From: Gammaproteobacteria bacterium
GTDB taxonomy: Bacteria; Pseudomonadota; Gammaproteobacteria; Ga0077536
Assembly (NCBI GenBank): GCA_020851775.1
Contig: JADZCB010000024.1
Location: 1-37,523 of the forward strand
Direction: 5' to 3'
Length of the DNA: 37,523 nucleotides
In this document: positions 1 through 8,850 of the stretch, piece after piece
How the letters are laid out: each line of letters opens with the position of its first letter
Numbering within the stretch: position 1 is the stretch's first letter
Translations under genes and position numbers: made by a program
Notes under the pieces: model-generated
Database searches by the model: none
Told to the model about the DNA's origin: nothing
The model's input: only the letters and a program-made list of their open reading frames with translations

Positions 1-2161
1 GCAGCGCGGACGCGCCGGCCAGCACCCGCCGCAACAGCAGGCCGATCAGGGACGCGAGCGCGAGCACGCGCAGGATCGCAAGCGCGAAGTTGACGGGTGG
101 CGACAAGAGCACGAGTTCGAGCGGTTGCGTCGCCGTCACCGGCCCGCTCCACGCGAGGTGCGTCGCACGCCACTGCCAGTCCGGCAGGCCAGGGCCGGTC
201 TGGACAGTGGCAGCGGGATCATAGGTGGCACGCACGTCGGGGACGCGTCGGCCTGCGGCCTGATTGCCACGCCCGACCTCGAGTGCGTCGATTGCGCCCG
301 TGACCGACGCCGCCGAGCCGAGCATCGATTTCTCCCGCATCATCTCCGGCGCAGGCGCAGGCAGCGCGAGCGACGGGGGGCCAGCGGCAGCGACGCCCGC
401 CGGCAGTTCAAGTTGCGGGTAGAGCGCGAGCCGGACCTGCTCGATCGTGAAGCCGAGCGCGAGCACGATCAGCACGAGCAAGGCACCGTTGCGGTACACG
501 GTCGCGAGCGTGCGCAAGCGTCCCGTCGGCAGCACCCGCACCAGCGCGATCGCCGCGAGCACGTGCAACCAGACATGACGCGGCGCGCCCGTCTCGTGCC
601 AGCACAGCACGAGGGCGACGACGCACAGCGCACCGAGACGCCACGACCACAGGCGCGACACGGCCAGCGCGACGATGAAGACGACGAAGAGATCGAGCAG
701 CGTCCAGCGCTGGAGCCAGGTCTCGGAGACATCGTCGACGCCGCGTGTCGACCACAGCCGCCAGCCGGGCGGCAGATGCAGCGTCGCCGTCACGCGGTCG
801 AAGTCGTGCGCCCAGCCGACGGCATTCAACGCCGTGATGGTCTCGATGCGCGAGTCGGCACGCAGATCGACCGCACCGCGCCGCACTTCGACGCCGTGGC
901 GGCCGTCGAAGGCGGTGATGAACTGCGGCTCCCCGTTCAACAGCACGCGGCCCGGCACGAGACCGGCAGCAGCGTCGAGCCGCCAGCCGCGGGTCAGTTC
1001 ACCGGCGATGGTGTCACGCACGCTGAAGCCGTCGCCGTCGAAGTCGAGCCACAGTTCACGCGTGAGTGACAGCCGGTTCGGGGCGGGTGCGGGATCGCCC
1101 CGTCGCTGCTCGACGAACTCGAGCGCGCCGCCGGCGGCGATCCGGAACGCGGGCAGTGCATGCCAGGCCGCCGGCAGCCCGGTCTGACGCGGATCGATCG
1201 CTTCCCCGCCCTGCACGTCGACGACGCGCAGCGCCGGCCGCGCGTCGAACACCCAGATCTCGTCCGCGGGCCACGCGCCGTCGACCGCCGGGCGCCCGAG
1301 CCGCGACACTGGACCGGGCTGACGCGCGGTGACACGTATCGACCAGTGTCCCGGACGCACCTGGAGGAGCAGCCGGCCAGCAGCGTCGAGCCGCGCCGGC
1401 AACGGCGCGTCGAGCCGCATCGGCGCGCCCTCGGCGAGCAGCGCACCGTCGAGCACGATTTCGCGCGGCGTGCCGGCGACATCGAGATCGATCCAGGTTT
1501 CGACCTGGACGGGAATCTCGTCGACGATCCGGCGATAGACATGGAACGTCAACGCGTCGACCTCGGCGTCGGCGCCCGTTGCCGCCGGCGTCTGCAGCCA
1601 CAGTTCGCCGCCCGGCGCGCGCTGCGGAGCTGTCACGTCGACGCCGTCGATGCGCAGATCGACGAGTCCGTAGTCGACCGGCACCTGCAGCGTGTCCGGC
1701 CGTGTCGCCCACGTGTAACGGCCGGTGATGCGGTAGGTACCGGTGGCGAGCCGCACGCTCGGCACGCCGTCACGCGCAGTGACGACGAGCGGCGTGTCAT
1801 CGGCGCGCACGTCCTGCGGCCACTGGCCGTCACGACCCGGCAGGGCGAGATCGGTGTCGGCCCGGATCGCGACGTCGAGCGCGAACGACGCGCCGCCGTC
1901 GACGACGTCGATCCCGAGCCGCCCCGGCCAGGCGCATTGTCGCGCCTCGTTGGCGACGAGGTATGGACAGTCGGGATCGGTTTCGCCGTAGAGCACCCAG
2001 GACCACCACGGGGCGAGCGGCGCGGGCACCTCGTCTGCGCGCAACGGCGGTGCGGCGCGCCCGCCGATGCTCGTGATCATCAGGCACAGCAGCGCGGCGA
2101 ATGCGCAGCCGCGATGTCGTGGCCGAACCCGGCCTCGCACCGCTGCATGGACGTGGCGCAT
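1..2161 (-). CDS. Hypothetical large exported/membrane protein, 3' end truncated by window edge
   Basis: Absent from the ORF track because it has no stop inside the window. The minus-strand frame with codons ending at 2161, 2158, ... has no listed ORF, and my manual translation met no stop from 2161 to position 2. ATG at 2159-2161 with AGGAG 7 nt upstream. Product starts MRHVHAAVRGRVRPRHRGCAFAALLCLMITSIGG (signal-like). Its distal part has several hydrophobic helices (LLDLFVVFIVALAVS, LGALCVVALVLCW, NGALLVLIVLALGF, FALAILRVLALASLIGLLL). The long plus-strand ORFs here look like GC-rich antisense artefacts. No family recognised. Confidence 0.6.
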   Translation of the reverse strand, partial: MRHVHAAVRGRVRPRHRGCAFAALLCLMITSIGGRAAPPLRADEVPAPLAPWWSWVLYGETDPDCPYLVANEARQCAWPGRLGIDVVDGGASFALDVAIRADTDLALPGRDGQWPQDVRADDTPLVVTARDGVPSVRLATGTYRITGRYTWATRPDTLQVPVDYGLVDLRIDGVDVTAPQRAPGGELWLQTPAATGADAEVDALTFHVYRRIVDEIPVQVETWIDLDVAGTPREIVLDGALLAEGAPMRLDAPLPARLDAAGRLLLQVRPGHWSIRVTARQPGPVSRLGRPAVDGAWPADEIWVFDARPALRVVDVQGGEAIDPRQTGLPAAWHALPAFRIAAGGALEFVEQRRGDPAPAPNRLSLTRELWLDFDGDGFSVRDTIAGELTRGWRLDAAAGLVPGRVLLNGEPQFITAFDGRHGVEVRRGAVDLRADSRIETITALNAVGWAHDFDRVTATLHLPPGWRLWSTRGVDDVSETWLQRWTLLDLFVVFIVALAVSRLWSWRLGALCVVALVLCWHETGAPRHVWLHVLAAIALVRVLPTGRLRTLATVYRNGALLVLIVLALGFTIEQVRLALYPQLELPAGVAAAGPPSLALPAPAPEMMREKSMLGSAASVTGAIDALEVGRGNQAAGRRVPDVRATYDPAATVQTGPGLPDWQWRATHLAWSGPVTATQPLELVLLSPPVNFALAILRVLALASLIGLLLRRVLAGASAL

Positions 2162-2226
2162 GGTCGATCTCCTGATCAATGTCACGCTCCTACGCTTGGG
2201 CGTCGCTGCCGCCGCGGACGACGGAT

Positions 2227-3204
2227 TCACAACCAGCCGCGACGCTTGAAGAAGAGATAGGTCAGCACCGCCGACGCGAACATCAGGCCCAGCGCGACGG
2301 GATAGCCCCAGTGCTGGTGCAGCTCGGGCATGAAGTCGAAGTTCATGCCGTAGAGGCTCGCGACCAGCGTCGGCGGCATGAACACGACCGCGGCGACCGA
2401 GAAGATCTTGATGATTCCATTCTGCTCGATGTTGATCATGCCGAGGATCGCGGCAAGCTCGAAGCTGATGCTGGTGCCGAGAAAATGCGTGTGATCGACC
2501 AGCGACTCGATGTCGCGCGCCAGCATCGTCGCGCGCACGAGCGTCGAGGTGTGCAGTTCGTAGCGCAGTTCGGGTTGACCGAGAAAGACCAACAGACGAT
2601 TGAGACTGTTCAGGCTCACGCGTGCCTTGGCGACGAGGATCTGATCGCGTTCGAGCTGACGCAGCATCTGGGCGTAGTCGAGGCGTCGGCGCCGTGACTG
2701 GACATCCGGCGCGAGGACGGCGTGGACCATGCCGTCGAGGTCGTCGCTGACCGCGGCGATGTTGTCGCCGACGCGTTCGATCAGCGTGTCGACGAGCCCG
2801 AGCAGCGCGTGCTCCGGACCATCGCACAGCGTCGGATCCTTCTCGGCACGCCCGGCGAACAGGCGCACGGCCTTGGGGGATGCGTAGCGTACGGTGACCA
2901 GACAGCGGCGCGTCAGTACGAACGTGAAGTCGTCGGCGCGCGGATACTCCGAGTCGGACTGCACCATCACCGTCGCGGTCAGGTACAACGCACCGTTCTC
3001 GGCATAGAGCCGGCGCGAGTCCTCGATGTCCTTCATTTCCTCGCGCGTCGGCAGATCGAGACCGAGCAGGCCTTCGACGTGCTGTTCTTCGTCCCGCGTC
3101 GGATCGAGCAGGTCGACCCAGGCCGTCGTCCCGAGCCGATCGCTCGGAATGAAGCCGGTGGTCGAGTGGAACCGGCCGTCGACGAGACTGTAGGTGGTGA
3201 TCAT
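2227..3204 (-). CDS. corA: CorA-family magnesium/cobalt transporter
   Basis: ORF 2227..3699 trimmed to the in-frame ATG at 3202-3204 (MITTYSLVDGRF...), 325 aa. The C terminus has two TM helices flanking the YGMNF (GMN) signature and ends FFKRRGWL, as in CorA. Confidence 0.9.
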   Translation of the reverse strand: MITTYSLVDGRFHSTTGFIPSDRLGTTAWVDLLDPTRDEEQHVEGLLGLDLPTREEMKDIEDSRRLYAENGALYLTATVMVQSDSEYPRADDFTFVLTRRCLVTVRYASPKAVRLFAGRAEKDPTLCDGPEHALLGLVDTLIERVGDNIAAVSDDLDGMVHAVLAPDVQSRRRRLDYAQMLRQLERDQILVAKARVSLNSLNRLLVFLGQPELRYELHTSTLVRATMLARDIESLVDHTHFLGTSISFELAAILGMINIEQNGIIKIFSVAAVVFMPPTLVASLYGMNFDFMPELHQHWGYPVALGLMFASAVLTYLFFKRRGWL

Positions 3205-3370
3205 CGAAGACTTCCGGCAGGGACGCGGATGCGGCGACCGGCGCAATCGTGCAGGCCGACGCCGACGGCGGCAAGCGGGGCGTGCTCCGCGCGCCGTCTG
3301 AATAAGCGCGGGGAGGCTCCCGGTTCGCGCCCGCCCTAAAGCCCGGCGACCGACCTGCCGCCACAGGGCC

Positions 3371-5125
3371 ATGCCTTCGAACCCGCACGCCGTCACGCTT
3401 CCCGGACTCCGCGCGCTGCTGGCGGCGTGGCTGCTGGGCGCACTGTGCGGTATCGCGCCCGCGCTGCAGGCCGCGACGCCCGGGCCGGACGTGCGGATCC
3501 TGATCGACGTCTCGGGCAGCATGAAGAAGACCGATCCCGGGAATCTCCGCGTACCTGCGCTCAAACTGCTCGCCGGGCTGCTGCCGGCCGACGCGACGGC
3601 CGGCGTATGGCTGTTCGACACCACGGCGACTCCCCTGCTGCCGCCGGGTCCGATCGATGCGGCGTGGAAGACGCTCGCGCGCGAGCGTGCGACGCGCATC
3701 CATTCGAACGGCCTCTACACCAACATCGAGGCTGCGCTCGCCGCGGCGAGCGCCGACTGGTCGCCGATCACTGCCGGCGATGCCGTGGGCCGCCACCTCG
3801 TGCTGCTGACCGATGGCGTCGTCGACGTCGCAAGCGATCCCGCGCAGAGCGCCGCGTCGCGCACCCGGGTGCTCGGCGATCTGCTGGCCGAACTCAAGAC
3901 CAAGGGCGCGCAGGTGCATGCCGTCGCGCTGTCGCAGGACGTCGATCGTGCACTGCTCGATGCGCTCGCGACGGCCACCGGCGGCTGGCGCGAAGACGCG
4001 CCGACCGCAGCCGCCCTGCAGCGCGCGTTTCTCCATCTCTTCGAACAGGCCGCCACGCCGGACTCGCTGCCGCTGAAGGGCAACACCTTCCGCGTCGATG
4101 CGAGCGTGCGCGAACTGACCTTGCTGGTGTTCCGCAACCCCACCGAGACGGCTCCGCTGAGCGTGACCGGTCCCGACGGTATCAAACTCAACGCAGCGGC
4201 GCCCGGCAGCCACAGCCGCTGGCAGAGCGAGGCCGGTTACGATCTCGTGACGATCGAAACGCCGGCGCCGGGCGACTGGCATTTCACCGGCACCCAGGAT
4301 CCCGACAACCGTGCGCTGGTCGTCACCGATCTCGATCTCGGTCTCGGCGACGTGCCGACCAGCCTCCTGCCCGGCGAGGCGCTGCCGCTCGCGGCGCGTC
4401 TGCTCGAACGGGGCCGCCCGATCGAACGTGACGACTTCCTCGCGCTCGCGCGGGCGAGCGTCGCCGTCGTCGGCAACGACGGCGCCGGTGATCTGCGCGA
4501 CCTGCCGCTCGATCCGACCCTCCATGCCTTCAGCGGCGCGCTGGATGCCGAGCTGCCGCCAGGCCCCTACGAGCTGATCGTGCGGGTGGAAAGCGCGACC
4601 TTCGAACGCGAGACCCGGCGCCGCCTGCGCCTCCATCACTCGCCGGTGGCCTTCAAGGCCGTCGGCAAGCCGGCCGCCGGTAGCGACGGCGCGCGCATCC
4701 GGCTCGGGATCGCAGTCAATCCGAAGCTCGTCGAGCCGGCGAGCCTCGGCGGTTACGTGCTGGCGACGGGCCCGGACGACGTGCAGCGGATCGCCGACGT
4801 GCCGCCGCTCGCCGACGGCAAGGTCATCGTCGATCTGCCCGTGAGCGTCGGCGGTACCTGGCGGGTCGCACCGAAAGTCACGCTCAACACGCTGTCCGGC
4901 CGTGCGCTGCGCATCGCGCCGGCGCCGTTCGAGGTCGCCGTCGACGCCCCGCCGCCTCCGCCCTTGGTGCCACCGGCGCAGCCGGTGCCGACGGTGCCGG
5001 CCGTGTCGTGGGGCAAGGTCGCGGCGATCGTCGGCGGCGGCAATCTGGCCTTCGGCGCGGTGCTCGGACCGCTGTGGTTCGTGTTCCGCCGGCGCGAACT
5101 GCCGACGAAAGGCGTGTCGTTGTGA
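3371..5125 (+). CDS. Exported von Willebrand factor A (vWA) domain protein with C-terminal membrane anchor
   Basis: 584-aa ORF. Signal-like N terminus (LLAAWLLGALCGIAPALQA). MIDAS motif DVSGSM (DxSxS), then LVLLTDG. Long beta-rich middle region, Pro-rich linker (PPPPPLVPPAQPVPTVP), one C-terminal TM helix (VAAIVGGGNLAFGAVLGPLWFVF) and a basic tail. Confidence 0.85.
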   Translation: MPSNPHAVTLPGLRALLAAWLLGALCGIAPALQAATPGPDVRILIDVSGSMKKTDPGNLRVPALKLLAGLLPADATAGVWLFDTTATPLLPPGPIDAAWKTLARERATRIHSNGLYTNIEAALAAASADWSPITAGDAVGRHLVLLTDGVVDVASDPAQSAASRTRVLGDLLAELKTKGAQVHAVALSQDVDRALLDALATATGGWREDAPTAAALQRAFLHLFEQAATPDSLPLKGNTFRVDASVRELTLLVFRNPTETAPLSVTGPDGIKLNAAAPGSHSRWQSEAGYDLVTIETPAPGDWHFTGTQDPDNRALVVTDLDLGLGDVPTSLLPGEALPLAARLLERGRPIERDDFLALARASVAVVGNDGAGDLRDLPLDPTLHAFSGALDAELPPGPYELIVRVESATFERETRRRLRLHHSPVAFKAVGKPAAGSDGARIRLGIAVNPKLVEPASLGGYVLATGPDDVQRIADVPPLADGKVIVDLPVSVGGTWRVAPKVTLNTLSGRALRIAPAPFEVAVDAPPPPPLVPPAQPVPTVPAVSWGKVAAIVGGGNLAFGAVLGPLWFVFRRRELPTKGVSL

Positions 5126-5997
5126 GTACGCTGGAAGCCGCCCTGCTCTTCCTTTGCGTCGAATTCGCGCTGCTCGCGATCGCGCTGGCCTGCGTGCAAC
5201 TGCGCGGCGGCAAGCGCCGGCAGGCCACGACGCTCGACAACGTCACGTCGCTGGTGTCGACGGTCGAACAGGCCGAAGCGCCGCGCCGCGAAGCACTGCT
5301 CGCCGTACTGCGTGAAACCTACCGCTTCGATGCCGACAAGGCCGAACAGGTGGTGTCGGACTTCATCGAGCGCGAACACGCGTTCTACAACGCGCTGATC
5401 GGCGTGCATCTCGGGCGCGGCGGCAAGACGCTCGCCGACGTGCCGGCGGAAGTGACGCGGCTGGTCGCGCCATGGTTGCGGCTCACGCCGCAGAAGCTCG
5501 TCGACGAAAGCGCCGTCGCGGCGCTGCAGACGCAGAACCTCGCGCTGACGAACCAGCTCGCCGAGACGAAGCAGGTGCTCGATGATCTGATGAGCGAATA
5601 CAGCGCCGCGTTCCTGCGAGGCAAGACCGAGCCGATGATCCGGGTGGATGGTGACGCGGCCGCGCCGGTGCAGGACGTTACGCTCGCTGACGAGGAATTC
5701 GCGCCGACCGGGCCGCCTCCGCTCGGCGATGTGCCCGACGACGAACTCCTCAGCATGGACGACATCACCGAACTCGCCGACGCGCCACTGCGCGCGCACC
5801 TGGTCGAGGACGACGCACCGGCCACCGCCGCTGTCGACGACGATGCCTTCGGCTTCGCACAGAACGTCATCGATCTCGACAGCGACGACGATCCGGCGCT
5901 GGCCGACGCACCGCCGCCGCTGTCGCAGAGCGATCTCGACGCACTGATGGACAACCTCGGCCTCGACGAGCCGCGCGGAACAGCGGTGCCGGCCTGA
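5122..5997 (+). CDS. Hypothetical single-pass membrane protein with coiled-coil-like segment and highly acidic C-terminal region
   Basis: GTG at 5122 overlaps the vWA stop (GTGA). The longest-ORF start at 5008 would lie inside the vWA gene. N-terminal TM helix (LEAALLFLCVEFALLAIALACV), heptad-like stretch (QTQNLALTNQLAETKQVLDDLMSEY), and a D/E-rich last third ending in LSQSDLDALMDNLGLDE. No family recognised. Confidence 0.65.
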   Translation: MSTLEAALLFLCVEFALLAIALACVQLRGGKRRQATTLDNVTSLVSTVEQAEAPRREALLAVLRETYRFDADKAEQVVSDFIEREHAFYNALIGVHLGRGGKTLADVPAEVTRLVAPWLRLTPQKLVDESAVAALQTQNLALTNQLAETKQVLDDLMSEYSAAFLRGKTEPMIRVDGDAAAPVQDVTLADEEFAPTGPPPLGDVPDDELLSMDDITELADAPLRAHLVEDDAPATAAVDDDAFGFAQNVIDLDSDDDPALADAPPPLSQSDLDALMDNLGLDEPRGTAVPA

Positions 5998-6012
5998 ACG
6001 CCGCGCGCGTCG

Positions 6013-7002
6013 ATGCCGCACCATCGAGTCCTGCCCGACAATGTCAGCACCCAGTTGCTGGCGGCGCGCTATGCGCATCTCGATCTGTTCGCCGGCATCG
6101 AGTTCGCGAGTCTCGCCCCGTTGCTCGCGGGCTGCCCGCTGCTCGATGTCGAGCCCGGCGAACTGGTGCTCGAGGAAGGCGATGCGAACCGCACCGTCTA
6201 CCAGATCGTCAGCGGACGCGTACGCGTCGCGCTCGAGGGTCACGAAGGCATCCCGCTGCTGACGCTCGAGGAAGGCGCCTGCTTCGGCGAGCTGTCGATC
6301 CTGAGCCAGCTCAACGTCTCGGCGAATGTCGTCGCCCTCGAGCATACGCAGCTCCTTGCGATCCCCGACGAGGCACTGTGGTCGCTGATCCGCAGCCATC
6401 ACCGCTTTGCGGTCAATCTGCTCGAGGTGCTGTCCGGGCGCCTGCGCGTGACCAACGACCGGTTGCGTGACAGCCTGCAGGCGCAGCGTCACTATGCGCG
6501 CGCGGCGCGTCTCGATCCGCTGACCGGGCTCTACAACCGGCGCTGGCTCGACGAGGTGCTGGGGCGCGAATACCGCCGCAGCACGCGCGATGGAAAACCC
6601 CTGTCTTTTCTGATGATCGATCTCGATCTGTTCAAGCGCGTCAACGACACGCACGGCCATCTCGTCGGCGACGAGGTGTTGCGCATCCTCGCGTCTCGCC
6701 TGCGCAATGCGATGTCCGCGCGCGGGATCGTCGCGCGCTTCGGCGGCGAGGAATTCGCGGCGCTGCTGCCCGACACCGCGCTCGACGACGCGCTCACCGT
6801 CGCCGAGCAGTTCCGCGTCAACCTCGGCGAGAACCCGATCGCGACCTCGCTGGGGCCGATCCCGGCGACGGTGTCGATCGGCGCTGCCGAGCGCAGCGAA
6901 TGTCATTCGCCGCGCGGCCTGATGCAGCGCGCCGATGCCGCGCTCTACCGGGCGAAGAAACTCGGCCGCAACTGCGTCGCCACCAACGCGACGCCGCCGT
7001 GA
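6013..7002 (+). CDS. Cyclic-nucleotide-binding domain / GGDEF diguanylate cyclase
   Basis: 329-aa ORF starting 15 nt after the previous gene. cNMP-binding beta-roll motif (EGACFGELSIL). GGDEF domain with the LMIDLDLFKRVND metal site and the RFGGEEF active site. No RxxD I-site in the five residues before GGEEF. Confidence 0.9.
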   Translation: MPHHRVLPDNVSTQLLAARYAHLDLFAGIEFASLAPLLAGCPLLDVEPGELVLEEGDANRTVYQIVSGRVRVALEGHEGIPLLTLEEGACFGELSILSQLNVSANVVALEHTQLLAIPDEALWSLIRSHHRFAVNLLEVLSGRLRVTNDRLRDSLQAQRHYARAARLDPLTGLYNRRWLDEVLGREYRRSTRDGKPLSFLMIDLDLFKRVNDTHGHLVGDEVLRILASRLRNAMSARGIVARFGGEEFAALLPDTALDDALTVAEQFRVNLGENPIATSLGPIPATVSIGAAERSECHSPRGLMQRADAALYRAKKLGRNCVATNATPP

Positions 7003-7008
7003 CCTTCG

Positions 7009-7046
7009 CGTAGCCCGGAAACAGCGCTGCGGAATCCGGGCTTCGG
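7009..7046. repeat. REP-like palindromic element (GTAGCCCGG...CCGGGCT), reverse-oriented copy of the 17171 and 27625 elements
   Basis: cgtagcccggaaacagcgctgcggaatccgggcttcgg. An 8-bp stem pairs agcccgga (7012-7019) with tccgggct (7035-7042), directly after the GGDEF stop. Its reverse complement resembles 17171-17211 and 27625-27666. Confidence 0.5.
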
Positions 7047-7074
7047 TACATGTTCATGCGCCAAATGAATCCAG

Positions 7075-7197
7075 GCACGGAGGGCTCGGAGAAATCGTTT
7101 GATTGAATCGCGAGCCCCGTAACGCCAATGCAACGATGGGCGCAGACGTGACGGAGGCTCCCCATCAATCCCTTATCTTTCTCCGTGCCCTCCGTAG
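7075..7197. repeat. Diverged member of the intergenic inverted-repeat element family (arms GCACGGAGGGCTCGGAGAA / TTCTCCGTGCCCTCCGTAG)
   Basis: The arms at 7075-7093 and 7179-7197 are reverse complements at about 16 of 19 positions. The left arm is followed by AAATCGTTTGATTG, like the AAATTGAT / AAATCTGATTG sub-terminal motif of the copies at 10339 and 26426. Confidence 0.45.
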
Positions 7198-7262
7198 CTA
7201 AATTCAGATTCATTCAGGCCATAGATTGCCGTGAAAGAGGCTTGAACGCCGGCGCCTGCCAT

Positions 7263-8576
7263 TCAGCGCCCGGTTAGCGTCGCCGGCACCTTGGTCAATA
7301 CCAGCCATGCACCGAGCGTGAGGAAGCCGGCCAGCGTGTAGAGGCCGGGATCGGTGCTGCCGGTGGTCTCGCGCAGATAGCCGATCAGGTATGGCATCGC
7401 GAAGCCGGACAGATTGCCGAAGGAATTGATCAGCGCGATGCCGCTCGCCGCGGCGGCGCCGCCGAGAAACGCGGTGGCGAGGCTCCATGTCAGCGGGATC
7501 GCCGACAGCAGACCGCAGGTACCGAGCGACAGCGCGAACACCGCGGCGGCAGGCTCGCCGGCGAGCGGGACCGACGCGGCGAGGCCAACGGCTCCGATCA
7601 CGGCCGGGATCGCGACGTGATAGCGGCGCTCGCGGCGCCGATCGGCACTGAGGCCGACCATCGGCATCACCAGCGCCGCGGCGGCCCACGGCAGTGCGCC
7701 GACCAGGCCGATGGTGATGATGTCCTCTATCCCCAGTCCCTCGATGATCGTCGGCAACCAGAAATTGACACCATAGAGCCCGCTGACGAGGCAGAAGTAG
7801 ATCGCGGCGAGCAGCCACACGCGCCGATCGCGCAGACCCGCGAGCGCCGTCAGTTGCGTCTTGTGCGCTTCGTCGGTCGCGAGATTGGCGGCCAGCACGC
7901 GCTTTTCGTCGTCGCTCAGCCAGCGTGCGTCCGCGCTGCTGTCGTCGAGCCACCAGAGGGCGGCGACACCGAGCGCGACGGCCGGCAGCCCTTCGAGCAG
8001 GAACAACCACTGCCAGCCGTGCCAGCCCTGGCGGCCATCCAGCGTCTGCATGATCCAGCCGGACAGCGGATTACCGATCACGCCCGACACCGCGACGGCG
8101 GTGACGAACAGCGCAGTGACGCGACCACGGCGCGCGGCCGGATACCACCACGTCAGATAGAGCACGACACCCGGAAAGAACCCGGCCTCGGCGACGCCGA
8201 GCAGGAAGCGCAGCACGTAGAAGCTCGTCGGTGAGTCGACGAACATCATCGCCGCCGACAGCAGGCCCCAGGAGATCATGATCCGCGCGAGTGCACGCCT
8301 GGCGCCGATCCGGTACAGCAGCAGATTGCTCGGCACTTCGAACAGGAAGTAGCCGAGAAAGAAAATGCCGGCGCCGAGTCCGTACACGGTATCGCTGAAG
8401 CGGAGATCGACGGCCATCGTCAGCTTCGCGAACCCGACATTGACGCGATCGAGATAGGCCGCGACATAGCAGACGAAGAGGAACGGGACGAAGCGCCAGG
8501 TCACGCGCGCGTACAGCGCGTCCTCGTCGAGGGCCACGCGCGAAAGCTCGGCAGGCGCGACGGGGGGTGGGGACAT
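7263..8576 (-). CDS. MFS transporter (anion:cation symporter-like organic acid permease)
   Basis: 437-aa ORF with about 12 hydrophobic helices. The N-terminal block FLFVCYVAAYLDRVNVGFAKL is typical of ACS-type MFS carboxylate permeases. Divergent from the aldehyde dehydrogenase gene. Confidence 0.9.
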   Translation of the reverse strand: MSPPPVAPAELSRVALDEDALYARVTWRFVPFLFVCYVAAYLDRVNVGFAKLTMAVDLRFSDTVYGLGAGIFFLGYFLFEVPSNLLLYRIGARRALARIMISWGLLSAAMMFVDSPTSFYVLRFLLGVAEAGFFPGVVLYLTWWYPAARRGRVTALFVTAVAVSGVIGNPLSGWIMQTLDGRQGWHGWQWLFLLEGLPAVALGVAALWWLDDSSADARWLSDDEKRVLAANLATDEAHKTQLTALAGLRDRRVWLLAAIYFCLVSGLYGVNFWLPTIIEGLGIEDIITIGLVGALPWAAAALVMPMVGLSADRRRERRYHVAIPAVIGAVGLAASVPLAGEPAAAVFALSLGTCGLLSAIPLTWSLATAFLGGAAAASGIALINSFGNLSGFAMPYLIGYLRETTGSTDPGLYTLAGFLTLGAWLVLTKVPATLTGR

Positions 8577-8750
8577 CCGGAGGTTTCCCGGGCGGAACGT
8601 TCAGACGTCGACGCGCAAACGGACCGTGCGCAGCGCGCGCAGGCGCGCCGGTGCCCCGGACGCCGGATCATCATGCGCAAGAAAAAGGCTCCGCTTCATC
8701 GCCGGGATCTCCGCCGCCGTCCGTTCGTCCTACGTCGCGGGCTCACCGGT

Positions 8751-8778
8751 TTGCGCCGGAGGGCCGAACGCCTAGAAT
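8751..8778 (+). promoter_or_regulatory. Candidate sigma70-type promoter for the aldehyde dehydrogenase gene
   Basis: TTGCGC (8751-8756), 16-nt spacer, TAGAAT (8773-8778), about 70 nt upstream of the ATG at 8851. Motif match only. Confidence 0.25.
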
Positions 8779-8850
8779 CAACTGTTCTCACGGACGCCGC
8801 ATTCCGCGACCGCCCGCCGTCCCCCAACGCCCCTCAGGCATGGAGCTCCC

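Noticed and set aside
125-2260. Plus-strand ORFs 125..1069 and 1160..2260 (314 and 366 aa)
   Set aside because: Their products are Arg/Asp/His-rich with no hydrophobic structure. The opposite strand has an uninterrupted frame with an RBS, a signal peptide and TM helices. I judge these to be antisense artefacts of the truncated membrane-protein gene.
3205-3370. Possible Mg2+-sensing leader or riboswitch upstream of corA
   Set aside because: The 166-nt divergent region shows no extended conserved-looking helices that I could recognise, and the M-box class is not expected in this lineage. This cannot be excluded without a covariance-model search.
4753-6906. 717-aa minus-strand ORF, one of the longest in the track
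   Set aside because: It is antisense to three plus-strand genes that carry clear domain signatures (vWA C terminus, acidic membrane protein, cNMP/GGDEF). Its product is R/A/D/Q/G-rich with no motifs. This is the typical long antisense frame of GC-rich DNA.
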